A stretch of 63,246 bases of DNA, the filler included, from Asterionella formosa (taxonomy: Eukaryota): assembly GCA_002256025.1 (NCBI GenBank). It is 8 parts of 8 records of this genome, joined end to end, with 100 filler letters (N's around TTAATTAATTAA, not from the genome) between each part and the next. Parts side by side here need not be neighbours in the genome. Positions count along the whole stretch, not along the records: positions 7,933 to 15,757 come from NKIB01012375.1; positions 15,858 to 23,681 come from NKIB01012376.1; positions 23,782 to 31,601 come from NKIB01012377.1; 5 more parts are not named here. One strand, 5' to 3'. Below are positions 13,668 to 25,520 of the stretch, piece by piece. The notes beneath the pieces were generated by a model. The model ran no database searches. It was not told the DNA's origin and was given only the letters and a program-made list of their open reading frames with translations. Each line of letters opens with the position of its first letter. The first letter of the stretch is position 1. Position numbers and translations under genes: made by a program.

Positions 13668-14160
13668 GTGGACAAAAGAAATCGGTAAGTGCTGCCTATC
13701 AGCCATCTTTGGATCAATCCACAACTGTTAGAAAAACTGACACATATGCGTTGCTTCTTTCAGGATAATGGTAGACAAACAGTATTTGTAAGTTACAAAC
13801 AGCAGTGTTGGAGCCCGTTTATTGATCGATACTTTTTTTCTCATTCAATCTTCGACTGACACATTCTTCTACAGAAATATGCATAGTCTCATCATACTTC
13901 AAGCTTGGTAAAAGTTTACTGCATGATCATAATTATATGATACATTGATCATATTTTTGATCGAAAAACTATCATATATGTGAAAATCCTGTGCCACTTA
14001 GCGTATGATACCCTTTATCATATTTTCATGATATTTTTTATTTACCGACGCATGGCAAATATTGTTGATGACTATACTGGTAAGAAACAAAAAAACACAA
14101 CAATCAACCATGAGCGAAATTACACATCATCATGACAACAAGGGGGATGATCCATTCAAC

Positions 14161-14460
14161 TACATCTAAGACGCCGTTTACGGCACTTTTTCGAATTTAT
14201 GTGTAAAGTGACGTATTTATGTTACTTTTCTAAAATATTATGTTACTTTTCTAAAATATTATGTTACTTTTTTGAAATATTATGCTACTTTTTCCCTAAT
14301 TTATTCGGGTTAAACAAAAATTTATTTCACTTATCGAATAATTATGTGATCACACCAATAATTATGTGTGTTCGTGACAATATATGTTGACCAACTAGCC
14401 ATCGCAACAGTTTAAAAGCGAAATTATGCTGCTCTGCCGCAATATTATGCTGCTTTCACC
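14161..14460 (+). mobile_element. Left end of a related CATCTAAG-family DNA transposon with subterminal ~21-bp tandem repeats
   Basis: ta|catctaagacgccgtttacggcactttttcgaattt resembles the 10008 and 56860 termini; aaatattatgttacttttcta repeated ~4x at 14217-14295. Confidence 0.65.
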
Positions 14461-14554
14461 ATATAATGAACGAAAGAGTCGCCAATTCCGATTCACTTAT
14501 TATTTTTTCCGCTCCGACATATTTCTTTGATCTGAACTGGCAAAGAATAACACA

Positions 14555-15037
14555 TGCAAGAGGAAGATTCACACAGTAGAATTCAGCACACGTAGTAGTA
14601 GTTGATGTTGTAGACACATAATTAAGTCATTGTTGATTGTAGAGATTACAAAAGCCTGCCAGATCGGAAATAAAGCACCGTTGGTACTTGTTGAGTATCG
14701 TTGAGCATTGCATGTCTCCGTAGTGAATCGAAATTGAGATGTGCCACAATGGCCTTCTCCGTCTCGGAGCAGCTACAAATAGTCTACAGCGATAACTCTA
14801 GCAAGTACAATATAGAAAAAGAACCAGAGGATGAGTAGCTGACAACAATTGAATTCGTAAGTTCGTTAAGAAACAGCTGTTGCATATTTTAAATATTCAA
14901 TGCATGTTGCCATCATAGTGAGTCAAAATTGAGATGTGCCGCAATGGCCTTCTCCGTTTCGGAGCGGCTACAAATAGTCTACAGCGATAACTCTAGCAAG
15001 TACAATATAGAAAAAGAAGAGAAGGATGAGCAGCTGT
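14555..15037 (+). repeat. Dispersed repeat containing ~195-bp tandem units; diverged copy at ~61590-62175
   Basis: gagatgtgcc.caatggccttctccgt.tcggagc.gctacaaatagtctacagcgataactctagcaagtacaatatagaaaaagaa at 14737 and 14931; homologous units near 61783, 61973 and 62163. Confidence 0.85.
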
Positions 15038-15039
15038 AA

Positions 15040-15757
15040 ATTGGTGGAGAAAGGAGGTATGGAAGTTTTGTTGCCATAGTACTAATGATCAGTCCACAAG
15101 CAACGAATATTTATTTCATATCCTGATGACCAATTGAATCAAAATATGTTCGTTCTGAGAATATCGATATTCGAAATGCCGGCAATGCTCTTGTGTACAT
15201 CGAATACTATGCTGGATAGAAATCGGCCTTACATTGGTGGAGGAAGATGGTTTGGAATACTGGTCATGCAGCAGCCCACAGGAACTGAAATATTACACAT
15301 CCTGATGACCAATTCGATCAATATATGTTCGTTCTGAGAATATCGATATTCGAAATGAAAGCACTGATCTCGTGTAAATAGAATACTTTGCTGAATAAAA
15401 ATCGGCCTTATATTGGTGGAGAAAGATGGTTTGGAATTTTTGATGTGATCAGTCCACAAGAATCCGAAAATTTACACATCCTCATGCCTCCAGCATTGAT
15501 CAATATATATTCGTTCTGAGACAATCGACATTGTCCATGACAAAATTGATCCTTTTTACATCGAATACTATGCTGTATATAAATCGGCCTTTTATTGGTG
15601 GAGAAAGATGGTTTGGAATTTTTGCAACCACAGCACTGATGTTCAGTCCACAGCAAGCACCGAGATTTTACAAACCTTCCTGATGACCAATTTGATCAAT
15701 ATATGTTCATTCTGAGAATATCGCCATTCGCCATGACGGTATTGCTCTCGTGGACAT
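15040..15757. repeat. Tandem array of ~4 diverged 180-195-bp units, running into a gap
   Basis: attggtggagaaagatggtttggaat...cagtccacaag...tcctgatgaccaatt.gatcaatatatgttcgttctgagaatatcg recurs at ~15040, 15233, 15412 and 15594. Confidence 0.9.
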
Positions 15758-16070
15758 NNNNNNNNNNNNNNNNNNNNNNNNNNNNNNNNNNNNNNNNNNN
15801 NTTAATTAATTAANNNNNNNNNNNNNNNNNNNNNNNNNNNNNNNNNNNNNNNNNNNNTATGTCAAGAGGCACGGAAAGGGACAACTGAGTGAGCTTCGCT
15901 CTGATGGACCTGTTGTGCGGAAATTTCCGGTCTCTTGCTTGTCACTTTGCGATTTTCAACTTCTTAATCTCTTGGTGAATCTTGGCAGCATTCCAGACTT
16001 TTAAGTTTTCTCAGAAGATGTTGAAATTCCGTCCCAAAGCCATCTATTGCTTTCTTGTATCATGTAAGGA

Positions 16071-16498
16071 TGTTAAAGTATTACCTTTTTGATAGATCTA
16101 TATCGTTAGACAAAGAATACTATAGAGAGATGTTCGTTTCTCTTTCTGTTTCTATATTCTTATTGTGAGTTTACTAATCTAGTTTAGGCAGGTTGTTCTG
16201 TTTGAACAAACAAACAAACTATTCTCCAAATGCTGTTTGCATTTCTAGAAACATACAATCATAGATAGACCCATGTCTATCTCACACTTAGTGATCATAG
16301 GTTTTTAACCATGATCATTCATTTTCAAACTATTGGTCTTCCGAAATAGCTTATATTGTCTGGCTCATTATAGTCGGAGTAACAATGTATAATGTGTGGT
16401 TGATGAGAGCTTGGTACATCAAAGTTGACTCATTCGAATCGTTTGACTCGTTTGACCCCGAGTCCTAACTACGGTACGTAGATGAGCTCACTTTAACA
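16071..16498 (-). repeat. 3' LTR (428 bp)
   Basis: TGTTAAAG...CTTTAACA termini; matches 20950-21382 apart from a few substitutions and indels. Confidence 0.95.
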
Positions 16499-19400
16499 CT
16501 CTCCTTGTTCCAACAATCCATCATCTCGTTTTGGATCGCGTATCTGTGCATGTTCATAATCTTGTCTGTGACATTTTTAGTTAGGACATCTGCAGGATTC
16601 TTTTCCGTATTGACATAGTCAACCTTAATCGTTCCGTTTTCGACTTGTTCTCGTACATCGTGGTATCTTACGTCGATGTGTTTTGTACGTGCCCCGACCT
16701 GATGATTTTTCGTTAAATAAATCGCACCGGTATTGTCCTCACCCATTAGACTAAGGCATCACGATATTGGTTATTTCGCCCCCCAGTAGATTCGTTTCGA
16801 AGACAGTTTCCTTTGAGCCGTTCCTGAGTGCGACTTATTCACACTCGGTGCTTGATTGCGTTACGATATCCTGTCCTTTTGATATCCAGTGAATTAGGGT
16901 GCACCCTCCGATCGTGCCTAAATAAGCGCTGACACTTTTTCGTGTATCAGGATTAGAGGCGAAGGCGCTGTCCACGACATCTTGAATGCGTAGCTCGTTG
17001 GGAGCACGTAGTTTCATTCTGCATGCAATGTCGCTCCCGATGTAGACACAAATACCCGAGTAGGCGTTCCAATGCTTGCCAGTGCGTTTCGCCTGTGTTG
17101 TCGAGGTGCTGTGACAATTCACAACATGGCATACTGGCGATATTTTCTTCACGAAGTAAAGTATCTTTCCAACGAGGGAGCGATATTCCTTATTCTTGAT
17201 CGTCTCTCCTCGGTTCTTACTTAGGACCGTTCCCGGGATTCCCGGCGTTGAGGCTTTCTTTGGTTCCTTTCCAAATATAGTCGTGTAGTCATTAATCATA
17301 TCTTTGACAAAGTCCTCCATTTCGGACTGTAGATAGCGTCCGTTCTCGTCTTCGCCCCATTCGTACCATACTCCTAGATGCTTGCTTAGCTGGCCAAGCT
17401 CTTTAACGTTGAAGTATTGTTTCAGTGCCAACTTGAACTTGTTGACGTCGGCTTGGGTGCCGGTTACTGCGAGGTCATCGACGTAGGTGCATAGCAATAG
17501 GGTAAGGATGCCTTCTCGTTTTTCGTAGAACACACAGGGGTCGACACGGCTTTGCTTGAGTCCCATATCAAGTAGGCAGTCTCGGAGTTTTTTGAACCAT
17601 TGCCGTGCAGCTTGTACCGTGCCGTACATTCCTTATCCAGTCGGATACAGTTGTCAGTCATAGTCGTTTCATTTTCGTAGTGGAAGTCAGCGATTCTATC
17701 TGGCCATTCTATGTAGATTTCTTCGTCGAGGTCAGCTTTGAGGAATGCCGCTTCGATGTCCACAATTTCACATACAAAATCTTTCCTGTGCAGGGTGATT
17801 GCAAACACAATACGTAGGCCAGTATCCATAACAACAGGTGCAAATGAATCTGTGAAGTCGACACCTGGTATCTGCACATAGCCTTTTACCACAATACGGC
17901 CCTTGTAGCACGTAGTGTTGTCGTGCTTGTTCTTTTTTTTAAATACCCATTTTGCTCCAAGTGGCTTTCGTCCATTTAGATTCTTACGAGGATGTGGGAG
18001 TAGAAGTTTTCAATCTCTGCTTTGATTGCCTTGGTCCATTTGTCTTTTTCGTCACTAAATAGTGCCTGCTTGTAGCTCTTGGGTTCCAGTGGGTCAGAAG
18101 CTAGGCTCGTTGAGTGTGCTTCCTCACTAGGTTGGTGCTCTTCGAGGTTTTTGTTGGTGTCATCATCCAATATTACCGGGCGTGCTGCGGATGATTGCTG
18201 ATGTGTGCCTGCATGAGTAGGAGTAGGTGAGGTCACAAAGCCTGTAGATAGTCTATTCATTTCTCGATCGAGCTTTGTGGATTTCGTAGCATTATTCGCG
18301 CGAGGCTTGTTTGTATTCATACCACCTGCGACGGAATCTGCAAAGCTCACTCCCTTGGGAGTACTGGGATCGTCTTGTTTCGTTGGTAGTAGTGTAGTAG
18401 CCCCTTGCTTGTCAGGAGGTATTGTGTTGGTTGGTTTAGTAGGAGTGCCGAAATTCCTCATCTATACTGGATCCATCTGTGGTGAATTCGTCCATGTCCG
18501 CTGTGGGTTTGGCATTTCCATGCCAGTCGGCCCATTTAAGGTCTCTTGTGTTGAAGACCTTTTTGCAGTAGGTATCACCGGCATGGTCATGGCTGTATCC
18601 AAGCATGACACATTTGACACTTTTTGGGGTTAGTTTCTGCCTTAGCGTCCGAATCGTGGCCCACCCCACCCTGCCAAACTGAATCAGGTGAGGATAAATC
18701 TTAGGCTGAAAGCCGTAGAAAAGGCAATCGGGGCATTTTCCCATATTCGAGTTAGCAACAGAGTTTGTTAGTCGCGTGTGCATGTGGACACTCTCAGCCC
18801 AAAGTAGCCCCTGGTATTCGTCTGAAAATTTTGCGCTGAACATGGAGGCACATGCTTGGTCTCGTATCGTCACAAATTTTCGTTCCACGACTCCGTTATG
18901 TTGAGGAGTATGGCTGGGGGGCAGTATACTCAATCTGAATACCCTGCGTGGTGAAGACAATACTTAGACTGGTCATGTTTTCACCGGCGTTGTCGCAGCG
19001 TAGGAAGCGTACTACATAGCCCGCTGACTTGAGTGTAGTCAGTAGGGCATCCGCGATGTCCGCCAAAAGACTCTTCTTGTTAACAAAATAACTCCATGCC
19101 TTGCCTGTGTACTGATCCACGAATAGAATCCAGTAGTTGCTTCCAATTAGAGATTTCTTGTAGGGACCTGAAATGTCCACGTACAATCGTTCAGCAGGAG
19201 TAGTTGCCTTGAGGGTCGTGACTTTAGGTACCGCTTTGGCCTTTGCCTTAGCTAGTGCGCAGCATTCACACGACTGAATCTTGCCCGTAGTAGGTTCAAT
19301 ACCGAGGGACTTAAGCGTTGCGCGAAGAGATGCCTCGCTGATGTGGCCGTATTTGTCGTGGGCCTCGTTGATGTCAATTTGCGTTGGTTTCTTGATGGGT

Positions 19401-20921
19401 TTTGCCATAGGAAGTTGCGTCACTGTCTTGGTATTCGTTGGAGTAGGATCGGGTGTATGGTTTGTTGTTGAGTCGTGGATAGACAAGACCGTTTCGGATT
19501 GTAGGGTACGTTTTCCCTTGAAGTAGTAAAGGACGCCTTGATCCTCACAAGAAATGGTTAGTTCGTTGTCATACCCTTCCTTATGTAGTAGACTCAACTC
19601 AGACCCCTTCATGCGTGCCTCGCACCCTCCGTTCTTGACAAATTGCCCGATGCTGACGATATTCTTGTGGAAGTGTGGAGTGTAGAGTACCTTGCGTAGT
19701 AACATGGAGCACGTCTTGTTGGTAATTGGAATGTCACCTCGTTTCGTGCATACCACCTCTTTACCCTCACCGACACCAACAACCGAGACGTTGACATTTT
19801 CGATGTTTGTCATCTATTCGTCAGTCATTGTGATGTGCATGGTAGCCCCAGTGTCCGCGAGCCAGCGCTCCGTTCCGTTGCTTGATGCGCAGTATTGGTC
19901 TTCGTACCACTCGTCTTCCATTGTAGGGACGAAACACACGTGTAGGAGTTCTTCAGTAGGAGTCTCGGTATTATTCTGTGTCACGTCCATGGTACCAGGG
20001 ATAGTGTCCGTCGCCTCCATACCGGTAATCTCCTCGCACATTCCGACGAACATGCCAGTTTCTTTTTTCTTCTCGCCGCATGGTGCGCGTTTTGGTTCCG
20101 GGCAGTCTCTTGCAATGTGCCCGACATATTTATTGCAATTATAGCACTTTATCTCATTTTTTTCGTTCGTACAGTTTGCATTCATTCCGCTTGTGTTCGT
20201 TTTCGATCAGCACACATCGGCCTTGTGCCCTTGTGTGCCGCAGTTCTTGCAGATACCTTTGTATTTCTGCGTGAATAGGGCGATCTCCTTTGTGCTCTTC
20301 GTGCCCTTTAGCTTTCGTTTGTAGAATGCTCGGATCTTGCCTTTCAATTCGTTGAGGCTGATTGTTGTCATGCCCTCGACGACTGTAACAACCTCGCTGT
20401 ATTCCACTGGAAGCTTGTCGATAACGTTCGCAATCACTTCCATTTCTTTCTTCTCAAATGACAGGTCGATCGCCATCATCTTGCTTTGTATTAGATCGAG
20501 CTCAATGAACCATTCGTCTGGATCAGAGGAGCTATCGTTCAGCTTGCATTTGTTGAAATCGCTTGCCAGCTGGATCAGGTCCGACACAGAATGGGGGGCA
20601 TACCTCGCATCGAGGTTCTTCCACGCCATATATGCATCGCCATCGATCAACGTTTTCGTTTTGGCTTGGTTTACAAGTCCGAAGGAGATTCCGGTGCAGC
20701 TCATGATGAGCAACTGGTACACCTTGTCGTTGGCCTCGTAGATTGCCCTGACTCCTTTGTCTGTTTCCACTTCGTACTCTTTGTCAGAACACGGGTTGTG
20801 GTTCTTGGAGTACATCGTTTGGAATCCTCTTGTCTTCGCCAGAGCAAGCGTTTTAACGCTCCACTGGTACCAGTTTGTTTCGTTGCCATCAAACTTGATC
20901 TTCAGACATTTCTGTAGACAT
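16465..20921 (-). pseudogene. Copia gag-pol polyprotein broken by frameshifts and stops
   Basis: KFDGNETNWYQW; zinc knuckles CKNCGTQGHKADVC and CYNCNKYVGHIARDC; protease WLADTGAT; integrase HDKYGH..CECC, YVDISGP, RCDNAGEN, NGVVER; RT DIEAAFL, YGTVQAARQW, YVDDL; RNase H DSAFA, EDNTGAI, NPADVLTK. Confidence 0.95.
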
Positions 20922-20949
20922 GTTAAACACTTAAGTCCGTTTATAAACG

Positions 20950-21382
20950 TGTTAAAGTATTACCTTTTTGATAGATGGATCTATATCGTTAGACAAAGAG
21001 TACTATAGATAGAGAGGACGTTCGTTTCTCTTTCCGTTTCTATATTCTTATTGTGAGTTTACTAATCTAGTTTAGGTTGTTCTGTTTGAACAAACAAACA
21101 AACTATTCTCCAAATGCTGTTTGCATTTCTAGAAACATACAATCATAGATAGACCCATGTCTATCTCACACTTAGTGATCATAGGTTTTTAACCATGATC
21201 ATTCATTTTCAAACTATCGGTCTTCCGAAATAGCTTATATTGTCTGGCTCATTATAGTCGGAGTAACAATGTATAATGTGTGGTTGATGAGAGCTTGGTA
21301 CATCAAAGTTGACTCATTCGAATCGTTTGACTCGTTTGACCCCGAGTCCTAACTACGGTACGTAGATGAGCTCACTTTTACA
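20950..21382 (-). repeat. 5' LTR
   Basis: Direct repeat of 16071-16498. Confidence 0.95.
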
Positions 21383-21430
21383 CTCTCCTTGTTCCAACAA
21401 TCCATAGAAAAGCTCACTTTAACATAAGGA

Positions 21431-23681
21431 CACGTCAGGTACCAAATAGGTTGTAGATATAACCAACGATATAAGTGAAATCGATTGAAATCGTTCCTAA
21501 GAGTTTCAATAGAATTATGGGTTTTACTGGCGATGTAGATTGTTTTCGAATTCTGAGTTTTCTCTGGTACCATATTCTTTTTTTATTCACTCGATTCAAT
21601 ATGTAGTAGGTAATTCATACCAGCATTTTTCCTTCCTAAAATAATTTCTCCAACACATTCCTGCTGGACACGGATACTCACTTTGAATTCATAATTTGCT
21701 CACAAAAATGAATAAATTTCGTTACAACTAGTGGTTTTGCCATGTAGTCTGCAATCATGCATCCGTTGGACAGTACTTTATCCGTACTTCCTTTTTTTTC
21801 AATAAGATCAGTAATGCAAAAATACTTGATGTTGAAATGTTGCATGCGTTTTCCTGAACTCGCTTTTCCATTTGCTTCTAGATTCATTGCACGCTAGTGT
21901 TGTCACAGTAAATGACATTTGCAGTCACCTTGCGTCCTTGTGCTTCAATAAATAATTTCGACCACAACAGCTTTGAATACTCTTGTCTCTCTTTTCAACA
22001 AAAAAAATAGACTTTCCATTGCGCGTCGCTTTTCGATCTCTGTTAGGTCTTCAATCCTAATCGGTTCAAATACATCTATCATGTCGTTGTTTCTTTTCTT
22101 TATACGCAGCATCTCTTCCTTTTTGGCCAAATTTCTTGAGGCCTTTTGATAAACAAAGTGAAATGATTCTTTATCGATAGACATCTCATTGATAGAACAC
22201 ATTGCTGTCTTTGCGATTACTTTCGCATTATCAGTCGAAAAGTCTTCTTGACAGTGTGCTTGGGTATGCAAATGATGTTGGACCATAGTTAGTTTTGATG
22301 GTGGTCTTGAGATTCTTCCAGACCTTGAGTTCTAACATTTGGGTCTGTGTCATCCTCAGTGTGCTTGGATTGACTTCTAACGTTGCGTCTTCATTTTCAT
22401 TTACTGGTTCTTCATCCTCATCTTGGATTTCATCTGCATTCATTTCAACATTATTTTCATTGTTGCCCTCAGTTTCAGGGTCATCTTCTTGGATATTGTT
22501 TAATTCAAGCTGTTATGCTTCATATATTTCATCCGGAGTCATTTCGGCTCATCATGGTCTTCTCTGAGAATTTCATCATTACTACTTTCATCGTCACTAG
22601 CTTGTTGATCTTCATGATCTTAATCTTGTGCATCTTCAAATGCTTCATTTCATAATCCACTCCTGCAATCCAAGCACTATCGTAAAATAGTTGTCTCGTT
22701 CGATTAGACATCTTGAGACCATCTGGCATATTTTCCTGCACAGCAAGGGCCAAGGGCGTGTACTTGATTTATGATTGCTGGGGTAAGTGGTAGAGGAGTA
22801 ACTGTTTGTCTAGTGATCAATGAGTTTGTTGGTAGCTGTAGTAACTCATGACCTCCTTGCACGTTGTCATTGTAACGTAGATAAATGCAATCTAGGCTGC
22901 ATGGTGCATTAGTGTTTGAAAACACCGGTTCTTCATGTGCTTTGGACATAAGTGCCAAATGTATACTGGCAATGTCGAGCATAGTCTAGGTTTTGTTGAT
23001 GTAAAATCATACGAGGACTGTAAAATGGGGATATCCTGTTCTTTCCCGGAAAGAAATTTAGTTTCTTTGCAGATTCTGTGACTAGAATCTTAATCATCAG
23101 TCGTGGCAAATGTTTGAAAGTTAATCGATGATACCTGCGCGTACGCGTTCTTTAATCACTCGATTATTTCGTTCCGCTTCAGGAACATGTTCTTGTGGGT
23201 TTGCGTAGTTCATAGTGACTTGAAATTCATTGGAAATTTGTTCCATCAAAGGTCGAAACTCGTTGTTACAGTGGATTGTTTAATTTTGAATCCTCTGGTG
23301 TTGTAAACACAGAATACCTGAGTCAAAGCATCTTGATACACATCAGCTGTCTGAATCTTGACCCATTGCGCTGTCCTATATATAATGTTTTCGATTTTTT
23401 TTGTGAGAAATACATGTTCATTCATTTCATTCCATCCATGCAAAGAGTCACCTCGCGTTGAGCTTTGATAAGCTCCTTAGCTAGGAATCTCGATGTAGTC
23501 GCTCATTCACAACTGGCTGGCAACGGCTTGTGACAAGTTGTCTTGCTTTTAGTTTTCCAATGTCAGGTCCGAAAATTCTCTTGGCAATCTTGATATCATT
23601 GGTTATCACTGGATTGGTTTTGATCGTATCCATGCGAATTATTGCCTTGAAACTGTTAATCGGTTGATGGCATGCATGCCC
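21431..23681 (-). mobile_element. Older, heavily decayed and internally deleted Copia element; its 3' LTR is split by the younger element and continues at 16019-16070
   Basis: RNase H end (NGKASSGKRMQHFNIKYFCITD..MIADYMAKPL), integrase and RT-start fragments (CIYLRYNDNVQGGHEL, KRRAMESLFFL). A purine tract CAGGAATG precedes LTR start TGTTGG at 21655, and the LTR ends with TTCAACA at 16019. Confidence 0.8.
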
Positions 23682-23875
23682 NNNNNNNNNNNNNNNNNNN
23701 NNNNNNNNNNNNNNNNNNNNNNNNNTTAATTAATTAANNNNNNNNNNNNNNNNNNNNNNNNNNNNNNNNNNNNNNNNNNNNTAAGTGCGTTTCTAGCACT
23801 TTGCTCTCACTTTCAATTTTCAGCTAGGCTAGCCAATTCATTCTTTGCTGAATAGAGGACTGCAGGTCACCATCT

Positions 23876-25520
23876 CTACATATCTGCCACATAGATATAG
23901 ATTCCAATCCAATGGATAATACTTCCAGCCAAAACAAAGAGATGCCATATCGAATGATCCAAATTATTGTCTCGGACAAAGAAAGGAACACCAGATGTAT
24001 ATCCGACTCCACCTAGTACAACCAAATTAACAGCCCCACGTGGCAAGATCCGAAGTAGATCTGGCATACAAATCATGCAACACCATCCCATGCAAAGGTA
24101 CATGGTTAGCGAGAATCTCCCCTTGTATTTCCAGGTCGGACACATGGCTTCAACCACAACACCAAAGAAACACGCTGTCCAAATAAAAATGAGGAGGCCG
24201 ACACTCCATTTGGGATAGTCTTGCAGAACAATGTGAAGAAATGGTGTGTATGATCCGGCAATCAGAATGTAAATGGCGCACTTGTCAATGACTCCGAAAA
24301 TATATTTTGTGTGCTTCATGGTAAAAAACGAATGATAAAGGGTCGACGCTGTGTACAGGACAATGAGTGAAGTGGAATAAACCATACACGAAAAAGCGTG
24401 TGCTTGAGACTTGTTCTTAACCTTGCTTGAGAGGAGCATTCCTGCAACTATGCCAAACAAAATGCCAAGGCCATGGGTGACTCCAGCCATGACCTGAGGG
24501 AAGGTGTGTTGCATTTGATGAGATCAGAGAGTAGATTAGCCATCTTTGAAAGCAATAGCACTGTACCTCAACACAATAATCAATTGTACTCACTTCTTGT
24601 AGGACTAAATTCCCTTCCAAATCAACATCTAATGTGGGGAAATTCGGACCGCGTTCTTGTAATGCCTGTTCAATCATCAGAGATCCTCTAAAGCCAATAT
24701 GATTGGCACTCACGTCAACTTCTCTCAATCCACAAGCCAAGGATCCCAGACAGACTTCTGCCAATGCCAATCCACCACGCTCTCCAATCCAGCATCGTCT
24801 CATATTAATGTTAGTGAGCGTCGCGTTGGTTGAGGCAGCAATAAAAATCGCCGAAGCTCCATATGGGCCAATGCGATTTCTTTGCATCCAAACCTGCTGG
24901 ATGGTCGTAGATCGGAGTAAAACTTTGGCGAGGCAGAAGGCACCATGAGACGTAAAGCCACTGGTTCTAGTGTTTCCAGTGGGGCGAGAAGCCTTGGAGA
25001 AGTCTAGGCGTCTGATGAATGATAGGTCGGTGTTCGAATACTTCAAAAGTATTTCGCACAAGCAAAACATATCAATGTCAGTAAATGCATCGGACACTCT
25101 GAGTGAAGGTAAGCAAAATTTGAGGGTGACCAAGACTCCAGTGTTGGGGAGAGAATTGTAGGTTTTGCAGATCTGGACATACTCTTGCAGAACCCCCGCA
25201 TCTCCATCGCCCTGATGCAGCATTGGCGCCACAACCAGCGGAGAGATACTAGATCGGCTCTTGGCAAGCGAGCGAAAGATAGGTTCGTAGATGGGGGCAG
25301 TGATGGATGCTCCTTCCTTGTCGACGGTTTGCAAATTCAAATTCGCATGGGGAGCTGTGCACTCTTGACAACAGAGACCGCTGATGAGTTGCATGGACCA
25401 AGGGAGGGCACGCCTGGCCTTCTCTTGTGCTTCTCCTGTCGATTCGCTTGGCGTTGGTGCAGCGCTGTAGGAGTGCCGTTGTGATCGCGACGAAGATTGC
25501 GAAGACAAAAACGATACCAT
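23876..25520 (-). CDS. RNI-like leucine-rich-repeat domain fused to a Haemolysin-III/PAQR (YqfA/TrhA-like) multi-TM domain; intron 24494-24593
   Basis: Exon 1 has LRR motifs ([42 protein letters not shown]). A GTGAGT..CAG intron joins LQE to [10 protein letters not shown]. Exon 2 has [21 protein letters not shown] and HSIWHLFVL. Confidence 0.9.

Larger units (their letters stand above)
10008..13750 (+). mobile_element. Plavaka/CMC-type DNA transposon (left end CATCTAAGCCGCG) with decayed transposase and captured Hsp70 fragment; right end not identified
   Basis: 10008-10460 aligns with the left end of the TIR-bounded element at 56860. It contains an internal duplication (~10030-10220 vs ~10222-10365) and is followed by transposase fragments. 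Confidence 0.75.
16071..21424 (-). mobile_element. Full-length but inactivated Ty1/Copia (CoDi-like) LTR retrotransposon
   Basis: Near-identical LTRs 16071-16498 and 20950-21382, PPT (AAGGAGAG) next to the 3' LTR, TAAGGA duplicated at 16065-16070 and 21425-21430, domain order gag-PR-IN-RT-RH. Confidence 0.95.

Noticed and set aside
12906..13731. Plus-strand ORFs of 198 and 157 aa opposite Hsp70
   Set aside because: Antisense shadow frames caused by codon bias, well known for Hsp70.
15040..15757. Possible CRISPR-like array
   Set aside because: Whole ~185-bp units are homologous with no unique spacers, and no cas genes are present.
19814..19816. In-frame TAG in the Copia polyprotein as programmed readthrough
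   Set aside because: It lies within the protease domain of a copy with many other lesions; most likely a nonsense mutation.
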